DNA of 32,000 bases from Candidatus Brocadia sp. Its GTDB lineage: Bacteria; Planctomycetota; Brocadiia; Brocadiales; Brocadiaceae. The translations under genes were made by a program, and so were the position numbers. The notes beneath the pieces were generated by a model that saw only the letters and a program-made list of their open reading frames with translations, ran no database searches and was not told where the DNA came from. Location: assembly GCA_021650915.1 (NCBI GenBank), contig CP091279.1:1560001-1592000 (forward strand), written 5' to 3'. Below, one piece after another: positions 1 through 10,068 of the stretch (its first letter is position 1; each line of letters starts with the position of its first letter).

Positions 1-1086
1 ACCCGCATCGTGCGGACCCGGCGATGCCTCAGGATGGTATTGAACGGAAAAGGCTGGTATTGAGTGACATTTCAGTCCCTCTACCGATTTATCATTGAGA
101 TTGATATGGGTAATTTCCACGTTTCCATACGGGCTTTTATGCACGGCACCTTGCTGCGGCGGTGTTACGGCAAAGCTGTGATTCTGCGCCGTAATTTCCA
201 CTTTTCTGGTGGACAAATCCATAACAGGCTGATTGCCCCCATGATGTCCGAACTTCAGCTTGTAGGTCTTCAACCCCAGGGTCAGCGCCAGTAACTGATG
301 ACCAAGGCATATCCCAAATACCGGCTTTTTCCCCAGAAAACCTTTTATATTCTCTGTCATGTAAGGAACGGCCGCGGGATCACCAGGACCATTGGAAAGC
401 ACAATACCATCAGGCTTCATATCCAAAACGGCCTGGGACCTGGTTGTGGCAGGGACTACCGTCACCGAGCAACCCGTACTGCTGAGCTTCCTGAGAATGT
501 TATATTTTACGCCACAATCATAGACGACCACGTTGAATCTTTTCGGTTTTCCCGAATGTGTCTCGGAATCCTTCCATTCAAACACCTCATTGCAGGTGAC
601 TGTCTTTACCAGGTCTATCCCGTCCAATCCTGCCGACGATTGTACTTTTTTCATGAGTCGCAAAACGTCCAAATCTTCGGTGGAGATAATACCCTGCTGT
701 GTGCCGAAATCCCGTAATCGCCGTGTCAGTTCCCGGGTATCAATTCCCTGGATACCCACGATCTTTTTGCCCTTCAGAAATGCATCCAGGCTCACCTGTG
801 AACGCCAGTTGCTGGGGAAAGGGCTGTATTCTTTAACAATAAAACCCTCTAAAAAGAGGTTACGGGATTCATAATCTTTTTCATTAATCCCATAATTGCC
901 AATCAGGGGATAGGTCATGACCACCATTTGACCTTTATAGGATGGGTCGGTAAGGATTTCCTGATATCCCATCATGCTCGTGTTAAAAACAACCTCACCG
1001 ATCGTTTCGCCAGGGGCGCCAAGGGAGTATCCTGGAAAACTGGTTCCATCTGCCAGGACAAGTATTGCCCGGTTTTTTTTATCCAT
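1..1086 (-). CDS. carA: carbamoyl-phosphate synthase small (glutamine amidotransferase) subunit; C-terminal end runs off the window
   Basis: Absent from the supplied ORF track because it is open at position 1. Reverse-strand translation from ATG (complement of 1084-1086) gives [68 protein letters not shown]..., then [17 protein letters not shown] (class I GATase Cys-His elbow) and [14 protein letters not shown] at the window edge. 362 codons without a stop. The + strand ORFs at 64-1285 are antisense shadows of it. Confidence 0.92.
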   Translation of the reverse strand, partial: MDKKNRAILVLADGTSFPGYSLGAPGETIGEVVFNTSMMGYQEILTDPSYKGQMVVMTYPLIGNYGINEKDYESRNLFLEGFIVKEYSPFPSNWRSQVSLDAFLKGKKIVGIQGIDTRELTRRLRDFGTQQGIISTEDLDVLRLMKKVQSSAGLDGIDLVKTVTCNEVFEWKDSETHSGKPKRFNVVVYDCGVKYNILRKLSSTGCSVTVVPATTRSQAVLDMKPDGIVLSNGPGDPAAVPYMTENIKGFLGKKPVFGICLGHQLLALTLGLKTYKLKFGHHGGNQPVMDLSTRKVEITAQNHSFAVTPPQQGAVHKSPYGNVEITHINLNDKSVEGLKCHSIPAFSVQYHPEASPGPHDAG

Positions 1087-1370
1087 AAACCGTTTCAGAG
1101 ATCAGAGGAAATTAATGAATAATCGCTACTACACATTACACAGGCGGACGAAGAAAGCCATACGCCGGTGTTTCACATCGTCCTTTTGTCCTGCATGCCA
1201 AACCAAAGACGATAAATCGTACACAGAAACGTTGAGCGTGTCAAGTCAAAGTTGCTCGTCCGCGTCAAAGTTGTTTTTCGCTTGACTCTGGCAATACCTC
1301 TGCTATATTACTTTCTCAAATACCATTGAACGAAACGATCTCCTGACTCTTTGAAAGGACAATTATTTTC

Positions 1371-2321
1371 ATGGCAATCCTCGTTACGGGTGGCGCTGGT
1401 TTTATAGGTTCACATCTGGTGGAAAGATTGTTATCTGCCGGAGAACAGGTAGTTGTCATCGATAATTTTAACGATTTCTATCCGCCGGCGTATAAGAAGG
1501 AAAATATTTCCGGCGTTCTCGGCAATCCACATTTAGCATTGTATGAGACTGATATTGGTAATACGGCTTCATGCCGGGAGATATTTGAAAAACACGGGAT
1601 AGAAAAAATCGTTCATTTGGCGGCATATGCGGGTGTAAGACCGTCCATTGAACGCCCTTTGCTCTACGAAGAAGTTAATGGTAGAGGGACCTTAAACCTG
1701 CTCGAACTTTCCCGGATTTATAAGGTTAAACAATTTATCTTTGGTTCGTCTTCCTCGGTTTACGGAAACAATAAAAAGATCCCCTTTTCTGAAGATGACC
1801 CGGTAAACGAGCCGATATCCCCCTATGCAGCGACCAAACGGGCTGGAGAGCTTTACTGTTATAACTACCATCACCTCTACAAGGTGCCGGTGACCTGCCT
1901 TCGTTTTTTTACGGTATACGGCCCGCGGCAGCGGCCAGACCTTGCTATCCGCAAATTTACTGAACTTATTGACCATGACCAGCAGATCCCCATGTATGGC
2001 GACGGAACGACGCAGAGGGATTATACCTTCGTTTCTGACATTATTGATGGGGTTGTTGCCGCCGTTAACCGGCAATTCGATTTCGAGATTATTAATCTGG
2101 GCAATTCAGCCCCCATTCAGTTAATAAAGCTTATTGAGCTTATTGAACGGGAAATGGGCAAGAAAGCAAATATCAAAAGACTTCCAGAGCAACCCGGGGA
2201 CGTGCACAGGACGTATGCGGACATTCACAAGGCGGGACGTTCTTTAGACTACAAACCCAAAGTACCCATTGAGCAAGGCATCCGCCTGTTCGTGGCGTGG
2301 TACAAAGGGCGCAAAAAATAA
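1371..2321 (+). CDS. NAD-dependent epimerase/dehydratase (extended SDR), UDP-glucuronate/UDP-sugar 4-epimerase-like
   Basis: 316-aa ORF with the N-terminal Rossmann motif GGAGFIGSHL and the catalytic YxxxK seen as YAATK. Length and the VIDNFNDFYPP segment are typical of GalE-like UDP-sugar epimerases. Exact substrate not determinable. Confidence 0.8.
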   Translation: MAILVTGGAGFIGSHLVERLLSAGEQVVVIDNFNDFYPPAYKKENISGVLGNPHLALYETDIGNTASCREIFEKHGIEKIVHLAAYAGVRPSIERPLLYEEVNGRGTLNLLELSRIYKVKQFIFGSSSSVYGNNKKIPFSEDDPVNEPISPYAATKRAGELYCYNYHHLYKVPVTCLRFFTVYGPRQRPDLAIRKFTELIDHDQQIPMYGDGTTQRDYTFVSDIIDGVVAAVNRQFDFEIINLGNSAPIQLIKLIELIEREMGKKANIKRLPEQPGDVHRTYADIHKAGRSLDYKPKVPIEQGIRLFVAWYKGRKK

Positions 2322-2609
2322 ACGGGCAATTCTCTTCCTCAAAAAATAGTGTAGCTGGAACTATCATGATACTGATCGTTGTTCATAAATAGTATTTCCG
2401 GATAAAAGTATCTTTATCTCCGTCCCCGTATCTAAGCGGAGACACGTTTCACCTCCCTTGTATCAATTAATTGAGCATCTTTCGCCGTCTTTGACGTAAG
2501 CCTGGCCGTAAGCCACACCGAAGACTCATCATGCGGTGTCATCTTAGGAGGAGGACAAATTTGATTGCGTCTGTGTTGCGTTATACAATCTCATTCAGGA
2601 GGTTTTTCC

Positions 2610-3158
2610 ATGCTAAACCTCTCTAATAAAATCAGTCTCAGCAGGATACTTTTTATTCCTCCGCTGGTGTTGTGCATCATACAGGTTCAGCATAACAATC
2701 TGTACCGGTATGTATGTCTTTTTATTATGATGCTCATCGGGTTGAGCGACATGCTGGACGGTTATTTTGCGCGGAAGAGAAATGAAATAACTAACTTGGG
2801 AAGATATCTGGACCCGGTTGCAGACAAGCTCGTCCTGATGGTCTCTTGTATCATCCTTTCCTCCGATCATATATGGCCGGAACCAAGATTTCCCAATTGG
2901 ATTACGGCGGTGATTGTCTGCAGAGACCTGGTGCTCATGGTTGGCACCATTGCACTGCTGATCATTACTGGCAGAATGGACTGCCAACCAATCATGCTGG
3001 GCAAAGTTACCACAGGCCTTCAAATTATTGCCATCATATCCGTGTTTCTCGGAAACCATATCCCCTTAACGTTCCTCATTGCGATCTGGTGGCTGGTCGT
3101 CATTTTAACCTTCATTTCCGGACTTCTCTATATGTACAGAGGCGTAAAGCAATTGTGA
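2610..3158 (+). CDS. CDP-alcohol phosphatidyltransferase family protein (PgsA-like)
   Basis: Signature D-G-x2-A-R-x8-G-x3-D-x3-D seen as DMLDGYFARKRNEITNLGRYLDPVADK, with several hydrophobic helices. The track ORF starts at 2565. I prefer ATG 2610 because AGGAGG (2597-2602) sits 7 nt upstream. Confidence 0.8.
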   Translation: MLNLSNKISLSRILFIPPLVLCIIQVQHNNLYRYVCLFIMMLIGLSDMLDGYFARKRNEITNLGRYLDPVADKLVLMVSCIILSSDHIWPEPRFPNWITAVIVCRDLVLMVGTIALLIITGRMDCQPIMLGKVTTGLQIIAIISVFLGNHIPLTFLIAIWWLVVILTFISGLLYMYRGVKQL

Positions 3159-3346
3159 TGAAATATCACATCCCTTCCTGAGCATATTTATACAAAAAGG
3201 CTTTACATTACCTGCCTTTTGTAATATTATTTATATACTTTTTTTCATAAGAAATCAGCCTCCGGCAAACAGCAGATGGTGATAACAGAAGACTGAAGGC
3301 TGATTATGGAAACCATACACTTTTGTAATCCGAGAGGTTTTTTACC

Positions 3347-4576
3347 ATGCAATTTAACACGATACAAGAGGCCGTGGAGGATCTGAAAAGCGGCAAGATG
3401 ATCATCCTGGTGGATGATGCAAACCGCGAAAATGAGGGAGATATTACCATCGCCGCCGAAAAGATCACCCCGGAGGCTATTAATTTTATGCTCACCCATG
3501 CACGGGGCATTATTTGCCTTGCAATCAACGCGGAGCGCGCGGAAGAACTTGATCTGTATCCCATGGTATCCAACAATACGTCAAACTTTCAGACCCCTTT
3601 TACCGTTTCTGTCGATGCCAGAAATGGTATCACCACGGGAGTTTCTTCAAAGGACCGGACGGCAACGATTCTAACTGCGATTGACGATAAGGCAACCGCA
3701 GACGACCTTGTGAGGCCAGGCCATGTGTTTCCGCTCAAGGCGCAGAGAGGCGGGGTGCTCGTCAGGACAGGACACACCGAAGGCGCGGTAGACCTGACAC
3801 GCATCGCAGGATTGAAACCCGCAGCGGTTATCTGTGAGATTATGACAGATGACGGGAATATGGCGAAACTGCCCGATCTCAAGAAGTTTTCCGAAAAGCA
3901 TAACCTGAAAATCTGCACCATTGCAGATATTATCAGATACCGACATGAACAGGAGCGGTTAATTGAAAAGCGCGTTACGGTAAAACTGCCTACGATTTAT
4001 GGAAACTTTATCCTCCATCTTTACCGTTCCTTTGTCGATGATTACCTCCACCTGGCCCTGTGTCTGGGCGTAGGCAGCGAGAGTGGCAACGCCCCTTCCC
4101 CCTTGCACAATGAACCGGTGCTGGTAAGGGTGCATGATGAATGCCTGACCGGCGACATCTTTGGTTCTCTCCGCTGTGACTGTGGAGAACAATTGCACAA
4201 TACCCTTAAAATTATACAGGAGGCAGGAAAAGGTATTCTGTTGTATATGAGACAGGAAGGCCGCGGGATTGGCCTGGAAAACAAACTCCATGCGTATTTG
4301 TTGCAGGAAAAGGGATTGGACACCGTTGAGGCCAATGAGAGGCTTGGTTTTCCTGCGGATAAGCGCGACTATGGCATTGGGGCTCAAATCCTGAGAGACC
4401 TGGGGGTAACAAAGATGCGGCTGCTTACCAACAACCCCAAAAAGTTTGCAGCCCTTGCCGGCTATGGCCTGGAAATTGTGGAACGGGTGCCCATTGTCAT
4501 GGAACCTAAGGCTGAAAACAAGGAATATCTGCGGACAAAGAAGGAAAAGTTGGGACACATCATAGAGAAGGTATAG
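3347..4576 (+). CDS. ribBA: bifunctional 3,4-dihydroxy-2-butanone-4-phosphate synthase / GTP cyclohydrolase II
   Basis: 409 aa. The N-half is RibB-like (VDDANRENEGDITIAAE, RTGHTEGAVDL). The C-half is RibA-like with a zinc/GTP motif (HDECLTGDIFGSLRCDCGEQL, RQEGRGIGL). Confidence 0.93.
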   Translation: MQFNTIQEAVEDLKSGKMIILVDDANRENEGDITIAAEKITPEAINFMLTHARGIICLAINAERAEELDLYPMVSNNTSNFQTPFTVSVDARNGITTGVSSKDRTATILTAIDDKATADDLVRPGHVFPLKAQRGGVLVRTGHTEGAVDLTRIAGLKPAAVICEIMTDDGNMAKLPDLKKFSEKHNLKICTIADIIRYRHEQERLIEKRVTVKLPTIYGNFILHLYRSFVDDYLHLALCLGVGSESGNAPSPLHNEPVLVRVHDECLTGDIFGSLRCDCGEQLHNTLKIIQEAGKGILLYMRQEGRGIGLENKLHAYLLQEKGLDTVEANERLGFPADKRDYGIGAQILRDLGVTKMRLLTNNPKKFAALAGYGLEIVERVPIVMEPKAENKEYLRTKKEKLGHIIEKV

Positions 4577-4689
4577 CCTGCATTTTAGTATTGTATTTTA
4601 ATAATGCTGTATAAAAACTTCTTTTTTTGTAAATTTTTTCGCACCCCTGTTTACCCCTTATCAGAAGGTTCCGTTTATTTATAAGAGAA

Positions 4690-4805
4690 GGATTGCTTCG
4701 CAGAGTTTACACTGAGCACAACGAATGTGCTCGCAATGACAACGTACCGCATATGTCATCAAAGACATAGCCAGTGTCATTGCGAGGGTCTTGTCCGAAG
4801 CAATC
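4690..4805. repeat. two-armed palindromic intergenic element (REP/MITE-like)
   Basis: ggattgcttcg...ctcgcaatgac (4690-4740) is mirrored by gtcattgcgag...cgaagcaatc (4776-4805). The arms are reverse complements of each other, and the element lies between ribBA and the permease. Confidence 0.6.
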
Positions 4806-4908
4806 TCCCGCTTTCACAACGGAGAATCGGTTGCGGTTCTGCTGCGCCAGGTGATTGGATCAACAACGCCTCTGTGAACCCTGTGGCTAAAGGTTATTTT
4901 TGAAAACG

Positions 4909-6420
4909 ATGAAAAAGTTATTCGCGAAAAAGACCCTGCGCGACCTGGCCGAAGAATCCAATCATTATCATTTCAAACGGGTATTAGGACCGTTCTCGCT
5001 CACCGCCTTAGGGATCGGTGCCGTCATCGGCGCCGGAATATTCGTTTTAACCGGCCTGGCTGCCAGGGAATTTGCCGGCCCCAGCCTGATCCTCTCTTTT
5101 GTCCTTTCAGGTCTCGCCTGCATCTTTGTTGCCCTCTGCTATGCCGAATTTGCATCCATGGTTCCTCTGGCTGGCAGCGCTTATACCTATTCCTACACAG
5201 CCCTCGGCGAAATCTTTGCCTGGATTATCGGATGGGACCTTATCCTGGAATATTCGCTTGCCTCAAGCCTGGTCGCGGTAGGATGGTCACATTATTTCAT
5301 ACAACTCCTCGGCCTCTTTGGCCTCTCTCTCCCATCCTGGCTTACCAATGACTATTGGACGTTGTCTCATCAGACGGGAGACCTCTTTGCTCAAAGCGTC
5401 CCCTATCTGTGTGGCATTCCTGTCGTATTCAATTTACCGGCGGCACTGATCATTATTGCCATTACGGCTGTGCTCGTCATTGGCATAAAGGAGAGCGCCC
5501 GTTTCAACAGCATCATTGTGGGGATAAAACTGGCGGTGATCCTCCTGGTGATCGGTGTTGGGTGGTTTTATGTAAAGCGTGATAACTGGGGCAATAGTTT
5601 TGAAACCTTTGCGCCTTTTGGTATCGGCGGTATTGGCACGGGCGCCGCTTACGTATTCTTTGCCTACATCGGTTTTGATGCAGTTTCAACGACCGCACAG
5701 GAGGCAAGAAACCCGAAGCGGGACGTACCCATCGGTATCATCGTCTCGCTGGTACTCTGCACCATCTTATACATTGCCGTCACCGCCGTCCTCACCGGTA
5801 TGGTTTATTACAAAGACATCAATATCGATGCCCCCCTGGCCGATGCCTTTACCCGATATGGGTTGACCAGGGTATCCTTTTTTATTTCCGTCGGCGCCGT
5901 GGCCGGACTGACGAGTGTGCTCCTCGTGTTACTCCTGAGCCAATCCAGGATATTCTGGGCGATAGCCAGGGACGGACTCCTGCCTGAGCGCATCTTTGCC
6001 GCCGTTCATCCCCGTTTTGGCACGCCCTACATCTCTACCATCATTGTTGGCGCCTGTGTCGCCCTTACTGCTTGTTGCTTTCCGATAGAAGAAATTGCAA
6101 AGCTGGTCAACATCGGGACACTCCTTGCCTTTTGTCTTGTCAGTGCCGCCGTAATAATACTTCGTGTTAAAGACCCCTGCCATCCCCGTGCCTTTAAATG
6201 CCCCTTCGTTCCGGTAATACCTATTCTGGGCATCCTTTCCTGCGGATACATGATGATACGGCTTGAATTCTCCACCTGGCTCAGGCTCCTGGTGTGGCTG
6301 GCGCTCGGCACCATTATTTATGCCGTCTACGGTCGACGTCACAGCAAACTGGCAAGGAAATATGCCCTTGTGACGAAGAAAAACGAAGCACTTGTGGAGT
6401 TAAACAAGAGTTATTTGTAG
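4909..6420 (+). CDS. amino acid permease, APC superfamily (cationic amino acid transporter-like)
   Basis: About 500 aa with roughly 12-14 hydrophobic segments. APC-type N-terminus (LGPFSLTALGIGAVIGAGIFVLTG, ALCYAEFASMVP, GSAYTYSY). The track start 4900 is TTG, and I prefer the in-frame ATG 4909 (MKKLFAKK). Confidence 0.88.
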   Translation: MKKLFAKKTLRDLAEESNHYHFKRVLGPFSLTALGIGAVIGAGIFVLTGLAAREFAGPSLILSFVLSGLACIFVALCYAEFASMVPLAGSAYTYSYTALGEIFAWIIGWDLILEYSLASSLVAVGWSHYFIQLLGLFGLSLPSWLTNDYWTLSHQTGDLFAQSVPYLCGIPVVFNLPAALIIIAITAVLVIGIKESARFNSIIVGIKLAVILLVIGVGWFYVKRDNWGNSFETFAPFGIGGIGTGAAYVFFAYIGFDAVSTTAQEARNPKRDVPIGIIVSLVLCTILYIAVTAVLTGMVYYKDINIDAPLADAFTRYGLTRVSFFISVGAVAGLTSVLLVLLLSQSRIFWAIARDGLLPERIFAAVHPRFGTPYISTIIVGACVALTACCFPIEEIAKLVNIGTLLAFCLVSAAVIILRVKDPCHPRAFKCPFVPVIPILGILSCGYMMIRLEFSTWLRLLVWLALGTIIYAVYGRRHSKLARKYALVTKKNEALVELNKSYL

Positions 6421-6439
6421 GGGCGTATTGCATACGCCC
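6417..6439 (+). repeat. GTAG-footed REP-like hairpin, possible terminator of the permease gene
   Basis: gtag + gggcgtat tgc atacgccc (8-bp perfect stem, 3-nt loop). The GTAG overlaps the permease TAG stop. No strong T-run follows. Confidence 0.5.
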
Positions 6440-6495
6440 TTATCTATTACTGGAAAAAGAGATCAAGAAATATTTGTAAAGTAACCTACAAATAA

Positions 6496-6656
6496 ATTTA
6501 GTAACACTTTAGTTTTTTGAAAAAGTAGGGGCGAAGCATTTGCCTGCTTGGGGTGTGAATACATTTATATCAATTTATGGCAAATGCTTCGCCCTTACAC
6601 CGTGCGGTAACATTGTTATTATTGTAATTTTTCAAAAAACTAAAGTGTTACTAAAT
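6496..6656 (+). repeat. MITE-like nested-palindrome element, copy A
   Basis: Perfect 29-bp terminal inverted repeats atttagtaacactttagttttttgaaaaa / tttttcaaaaaactaaagtgttactaaat. They enclose an inner long hairpin gtaggggcgaagcatttgcc (6525-6544) ... ggcaaatgcttcgcccttac (6579-6598). Related copies at 11067, 15237 and 24772. Confidence 0.8.
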
Positions 6657-6678
6657 TTTTAATGAGCCTGGAGCATCT

Positions 6679-6873
6679 ATGAAATATAAGGTAAATCTAA
6701 AAAAAAACGAAGAGGGGTATGCCGTTTGGGTTCCTGGTCTGCCTGGTTGTTGGTCACAAGGCCAGACAGAGGAGGAGGCATTAGAGAATAGTAAAGACGC
6801 CATAAAGGCATATGTAGAGACTGTTGAAGAATTAAGCAACAATAAGGTATCTCGTTATGTAGAAGTAGAATAA
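6679..6873 (+). CDS. hicB: HicB-like antitoxin (UPF0150 family), type II TA component
   Basis: 64 aa. YAVWVPGLPGCWSQGQTEEEALENSKDAIKAYVE matches the HicB N-terminal fold consensus (xPdLPGCxtqGdTxEEAxxnaxEAIxxyle). No HicA-like ORF is visible next to it. Confidence 0.7.
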   Translation: MKYKVNLKKNEEGYAVWVPGLPGCWSQGQTEEEALENSKDAIKAYVETVEELSNNKVSRYVEVE

Positions 6874-6879
6874 ATTACG

Positions 6880-8160
6880 ATGCAGGATGCTGTCGTAAGG
6901 ATTATTTTTAGCTGGCGGATGCTGGTTACTTTCTTTTTAGGAGTAAGCTCCGGCATACCGCTCCTCGTCACCGGCTCCACCCTTCAGGCGTGGATGACTG
7001 ATGAAAAGGTTGATCTTGCCGTGATTGGCCTGTTTTCTCTCGTGGGGCTTCCCTACACGGTCAAGTTCCTCTGGGCGCCGGTCATGGATCGCTATCTCCC
7101 TCCATTTCTGGGGAAAAGACGCGGGTGGATGCTCATCGCCCAAATCCTTCTTATGCTGGCCATTGGCGCCTTTTCTCTGGTGAAGCCCGCACAATCCCCC
7201 TGGATTGTTGCCCTTCTTGCAGCGCTGGTATCCTTTTTCAGCGCGAGCCAGGATATTGTCGTTGATGCCTACCGGCGTGAGCTTTTACCGGACGAAGAAC
7301 TGGGTTTAGGCTCTTCTCTGGCGGTGAACGGCTATCGTGTCGGTATGCTTATTTCCGGGGCGTTTGCTCTGTTCCTGGCCGACCATATCCCCTGGCATTA
7401 CGTTTATCTGCTACTGGCCATCTCACTGCTTACCGGTATCATTACAACGTGCTTAGCGCCGGATGCTGCAGGGCGCGTGATTCCCCCAAAATCCCTCCGC
7501 GAAGCGGTTGCAGGCCCTTTTCTTGATTATTTTAAGAGGGCTGGCGCCTGGGAAATCCTCGCCTTTATCCTCCTCTATAAAATGGGTGATCTCATGGCGG
7601 GCAGTATGACTACCCCTTTCATTTTAAAAATGGGATTTACCAAGACGGAACTGGCCGCCGTGGTGAAGACCTTTGGGATACTTGCCACGATTGCAGGCGG
7701 TCTCGTCGGCGGCGTCATCTTAATAAGACTTGGGCTTTGCAAAGGCCTTTTGATTTTTGGCATCCTTCAGGCAGTTTCCACCCTCTCCTTTTCGGCGCTT
7801 GCTTCTCTGGGTGCCTATAGCTCCGCATTGGCGGCTACGATTGCCTTTGAAAATTTAACCGGCGGCATGGGCACAGCGGCTTTTACCGCGTTTATGGCAA
7901 GTCTTTGTAATAAAAAGTTTACTGCAACGCAGTACGCACTCTTAAGTAGCCTCATGGGTATTCCGCGGGTGATTGTTGCTGCTCCTACGGGTTTCCTGGC
8001 CGAGCGGCTCGGGTGGGTTCAATTTTTTATCTTTTGCACGTTGGCGGCAATTCCCGGTCTCGCCTTCCTTTTCCGTTACCGGGTATGGCAGGCAGGGGTG
8101 GATTTTTTGCATAGAACAAATACTTCACAGAAAGACAACGAATTTTTGGCTGAATCTTGA
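6880..8160 (+). CDS. ampG: AmpG-family muropeptide/MFS permease
   Basis: 426 aa, polytopic. The N-terminal block SSGIPLLVTGSTLQAWMTDEKVDLAVIGLFSLVGLPYTVKFLWAPVMDRYLPPFLGKRRGWMLIAQ closely follows the AmpG consensus. Confidence 0.85.
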   Translation: MQDAVVRIIFSWRMLVTFFLGVSSGIPLLVTGSTLQAWMTDEKVDLAVIGLFSLVGLPYTVKFLWAPVMDRYLPPFLGKRRGWMLIAQILLMLAIGAFSLVKPAQSPWIVALLAALVSFFSASQDIVVDAYRRELLPDEELGLGSSLAVNGYRVGMLISGAFALFLADHIPWHYVYLLLAISLLTGIITTCLAPDAAGRVIPPKSLREAVAGPFLDYFKRAGAWEILAFILLYKMGDLMAGSMTTPFILKMGFTKTELAAVVKTFGILATIAGGLVGGVILIRLGLCKGLLIFGILQAVSTLSFSALASLGAYSSALAATIAFENLTGGMGTAAFTAFMASLCNKKFTATQYALLSSLMGIPRVIVAAPTGFLAERLGWVQFFIFCTLAAIPGLAFLFRYRVWQAGVDFLHRTNTSQKDNEFLAES

Positions 8161-8391
8161 CTTGCTATCGACCCTGATCGGCATTACAATGTCAGTTCTG
8201 AAGGAGTCTGTAACACGAATTTATTATGGAAGAAATTTCAAACAGACGTATCCCCCCTTTATCTCCCTCAATGATGGAGACACTGACTGTCCCCCGCTGG
8301 CGGGGGTGAAGGGGGTGGGTTCTGTTACGATAATGTGTCGTAGTAAGTCGACGTTAAGGAATTTCAAAGTTGCGGTTGCAAAGTTGCGGTT

Positions 8392-8418
8392 GTAGAGCGA
8401 CGAGCCTCGTCGCTTTAC
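8392..8418 (+). repeat. GTAG-footed REP-like hairpin
   Basis: gtag agcgacgag c ctcgtcgct ttac. It is preceded by a 14-bp direct tandem repeat caaagttgcggttg x2 (8365-8392) and by a G-rich motif gggggtgaagggggtgg (about 8300-8320) that recurs at about 15835-15850. Confidence 0.5.
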
Positions 8419-8471
8419 ACTGAGAAGGCCGCCGAAAGCTTAATTAAATGGTTAACAAGGAGGAATGATGC

Positions 8472-9842
8472 ATGAAAAAGAGGGTGCTGGGTGTTATTTT
8501 ATTCGGTTTGGTTCTTTATCCGGTTTTAAGCGCTGATTCCAAAGCTCAGGGGAAGGAAGTATCTGTTACCATTTATCAGAACAATTTTGGTCTTGTTCGC
8601 GATGTTCGTGAGATGGAGTTAAAGGCGGGCGTTCAGGAGATTCGGTTTACGGATGTTGCGTCCCAGATTGACCCCACTTCCGTCCATTTTAAATCACTGA
8701 CCGCGCCTGATCAGGTTGCCATTCTTGAGCAGAATTATGAATATGACCTGGTGAGTGCAGAAAAGATATTGCAAAAATATATCGATCAGGTCGTTCAGCT
8801 CTATACCAAGGAGGGCAAGATTTTTGAAGGGAAATTGCTCAGCGCCGGCGGGAATGTAGTTCTTGAAAAGAAGGACGGTGGCATTCAGTCCATCGCCATG
8901 GCGAACGTGCAGAATGTGGACTTTCCCAAACTGCCTGCAGGTCTCATCACCCGCCCAACCCTGGTGTGGTATCTCTCAAATGAAAAAGAAGGAAGGCATA
9001 GTATGGAAACGAGCTATGTAACGGAAGGGATTGGCTGGCATGCAGAGTACGTGGCATTAGTGAATCATACTGATACACAACTGGATCTATCTGCATGGGT
9101 ATCCGTGAATAATCAGTCGGGCGCCGATTACGAGCATGCCAAACTGAAATTGATAGCAGGTGACGTCCACCGGATAACTCCGCCGTCGCCACGCTACATG
9201 GATTATGAAGTACAGGCAATGGCTAAAGCCGCACCGGCCAGGCAATTTGAGGAAAAGGCCTTTTTCGAGTATCATCTTTACACGCTCCAGCGCGCCGCTA
9301 CGATTAAAAATAATCAGATCAAGCAGCTCGCGCTTTTTCCCACGGCAACTACACCCGTGAAAAAGATTTTTGAATATGACGGATCGAAAAACGAGAAGAA
9401 GGTCAACGTGAAACTGGAATTCGAAAATACCGAAAAAAATGGCTTGGGAATCCCCGTTCCCGCGGGAAAGGTGCGGGTCTATAAATCTGACGAGGACCAA
9501 TCTCAGGTGTTTATTGGCGAAGACCAGATCGACCATACCCCGAAGGATGAAAAAATCCGGCTGTATGTGGGAGATGCATTTGACGTGGTTGGAGAACGGA
9601 AGCAAATGGGTTATAAACAATTAAGCGACCGGGCACGGGAGGAGACGTGGGAGATCAAATTGCGCAATCATAAAAAAGAGGATATTGAAGTGCTCGTGAC
9701 GGAACATCTCTGGGGTGATTGGGAAATCCGTGAAACCTCTCATCCCTATAACAAAAAGGACGCCAGCACCATCGAAATGGTAATTCCGGTGAAAAAAGAT
9801 GCGGAGGCCATTGTAAAATACACGGTCTTATATCGCTGGTAG
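8472..9842 (+). CDS. secreted DUF4139/DUF4140-like protein (TIGR02231-type conserved hypothetical)
   Basis: 456 aa with a signal-peptide-like N-terminus MKKRVLGVILFGLVLYPVLSADS. VSVTIYQNNFGLVRDVREMELKAGVQEIRFTDVASQIDPTSVHFKS and GWHAEYVALV...LSAWVSVNNQSGADYEHAKLKLIAGDV resemble the DUF4140/DUF4139 pattern as I recall it. GGAGG precedes the ATG. Confidence 0.6.
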   Translation: MKKRVLGVILFGLVLYPVLSADSKAQGKEVSVTIYQNNFGLVRDVREMELKAGVQEIRFTDVASQIDPTSVHFKSLTAPDQVAILEQNYEYDLVSAEKILQKYIDQVVQLYTKEGKIFEGKLLSAGGNVVLEKKDGGIQSIAMANVQNVDFPKLPAGLITRPTLVWYLSNEKEGRHSMETSYVTEGIGWHAEYVALVNHTDTQLDLSAWVSVNNQSGADYEHAKLKLIAGDVHRITPPSPRYMDYEVQAMAKAAPARQFEEKAFFEYHLYTLQRAATIKNNQIKQLALFPTATTPVKKIFEYDGSKNEKKVNVKLEFENTEKNGLGIPVPAGKVRVYKSDEDQSQVFIGEDQIDHTPKDEKIRLYVGDAFDVVGERKQMGYKQLSDRAREETWEIKLRNHKKEDIEVLVTEHLWGDWEIRETSHPYNKKDASTIEMVIPVKKDAEAIVKYTVLYRW

Positions 9843-9883
9843 TTGAATTGCATGGGAATATTCATCATATTTAAACAGGTTCT

Positions 9884-9914
9884 GGGGTGGCACGGACAAA
9901 ATCTTTTGTCCGTG
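9884..9914 (+). repeat. ggtggcacggacaa hairpin repeat, possible terminator
   Basis: ggggtgg + cacggacaaa atct tttgtccgtg (10-bp stem). The same hairpin family recurs at 24661-24691 and, inverted, at 24935-24965. Confidence 0.55.
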
Positions 9915-10068
9915 TCTCATGAAAACTGACAGGGTTGGTTTTGTCCTGATTATGCGCCTTTTGAGTAGAGCGCCGTTCTTGATAAGTCAGTCAAACTATC
10001 ACACCGAATACTCATAACAAAGCCTCCTCTTTCGGGATGACGGGGATCAGGAGTGGTTATAATTCACC

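Noticed and set aside
64-1285. Five + strand ORFs (76-139 aa) listed in the track
   Set aside because: They lie antisense to a continuous 362-codon carA reading frame with unmistakable CPSase small-subunit motifs. Their sequences are low-quality (Arg/Cys/His-rich) shadow ORFs.
2565-2609. Upstream start (2565) for the CDP-alcohol phosphatidyltransferase, and likewise the long N-terminal extensions of hflK (to 23531), usp (28123) and the thioesterase (21400)
   Set aside because: The extensions use non-ATG or unsupported starts and encode atypical leader peptides. In-frame ATGs with Shine-Dalgarno sequences lie downstream at 2610, 23399, 28159 and 21364.
3181-3346. Possible FMN (RFN) riboswitch upstream of ribBA
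   Set aside because: I found only a simple 9-bp stem (aatcagcct 3253-3261 / aggctgatt 3297-3305). None of the conserved RFN core segments I remember (GGGCGGG-type, GGTGAAATTCC-type) is present. An Infernal scan would settle it.
3959-4558. The 199-aa minus-strand ORF inside ribBA, and similar long antisense ORFs at 9087-9620, 17274-17702, 5929-6342 and 30571-31104
   Set aside because: Each lies wholly within a confidently identified gene on the opposite strand and has no recognisable motifs. They are shadow ORFs.
8365-8392. The 14-bp direct tandem repeat caaagttgcggttg x2
   Set aside because: It has only two units and adjoins a REP-like hairpin. It is too short to call a satellite or a regulatory iteron without further copies.
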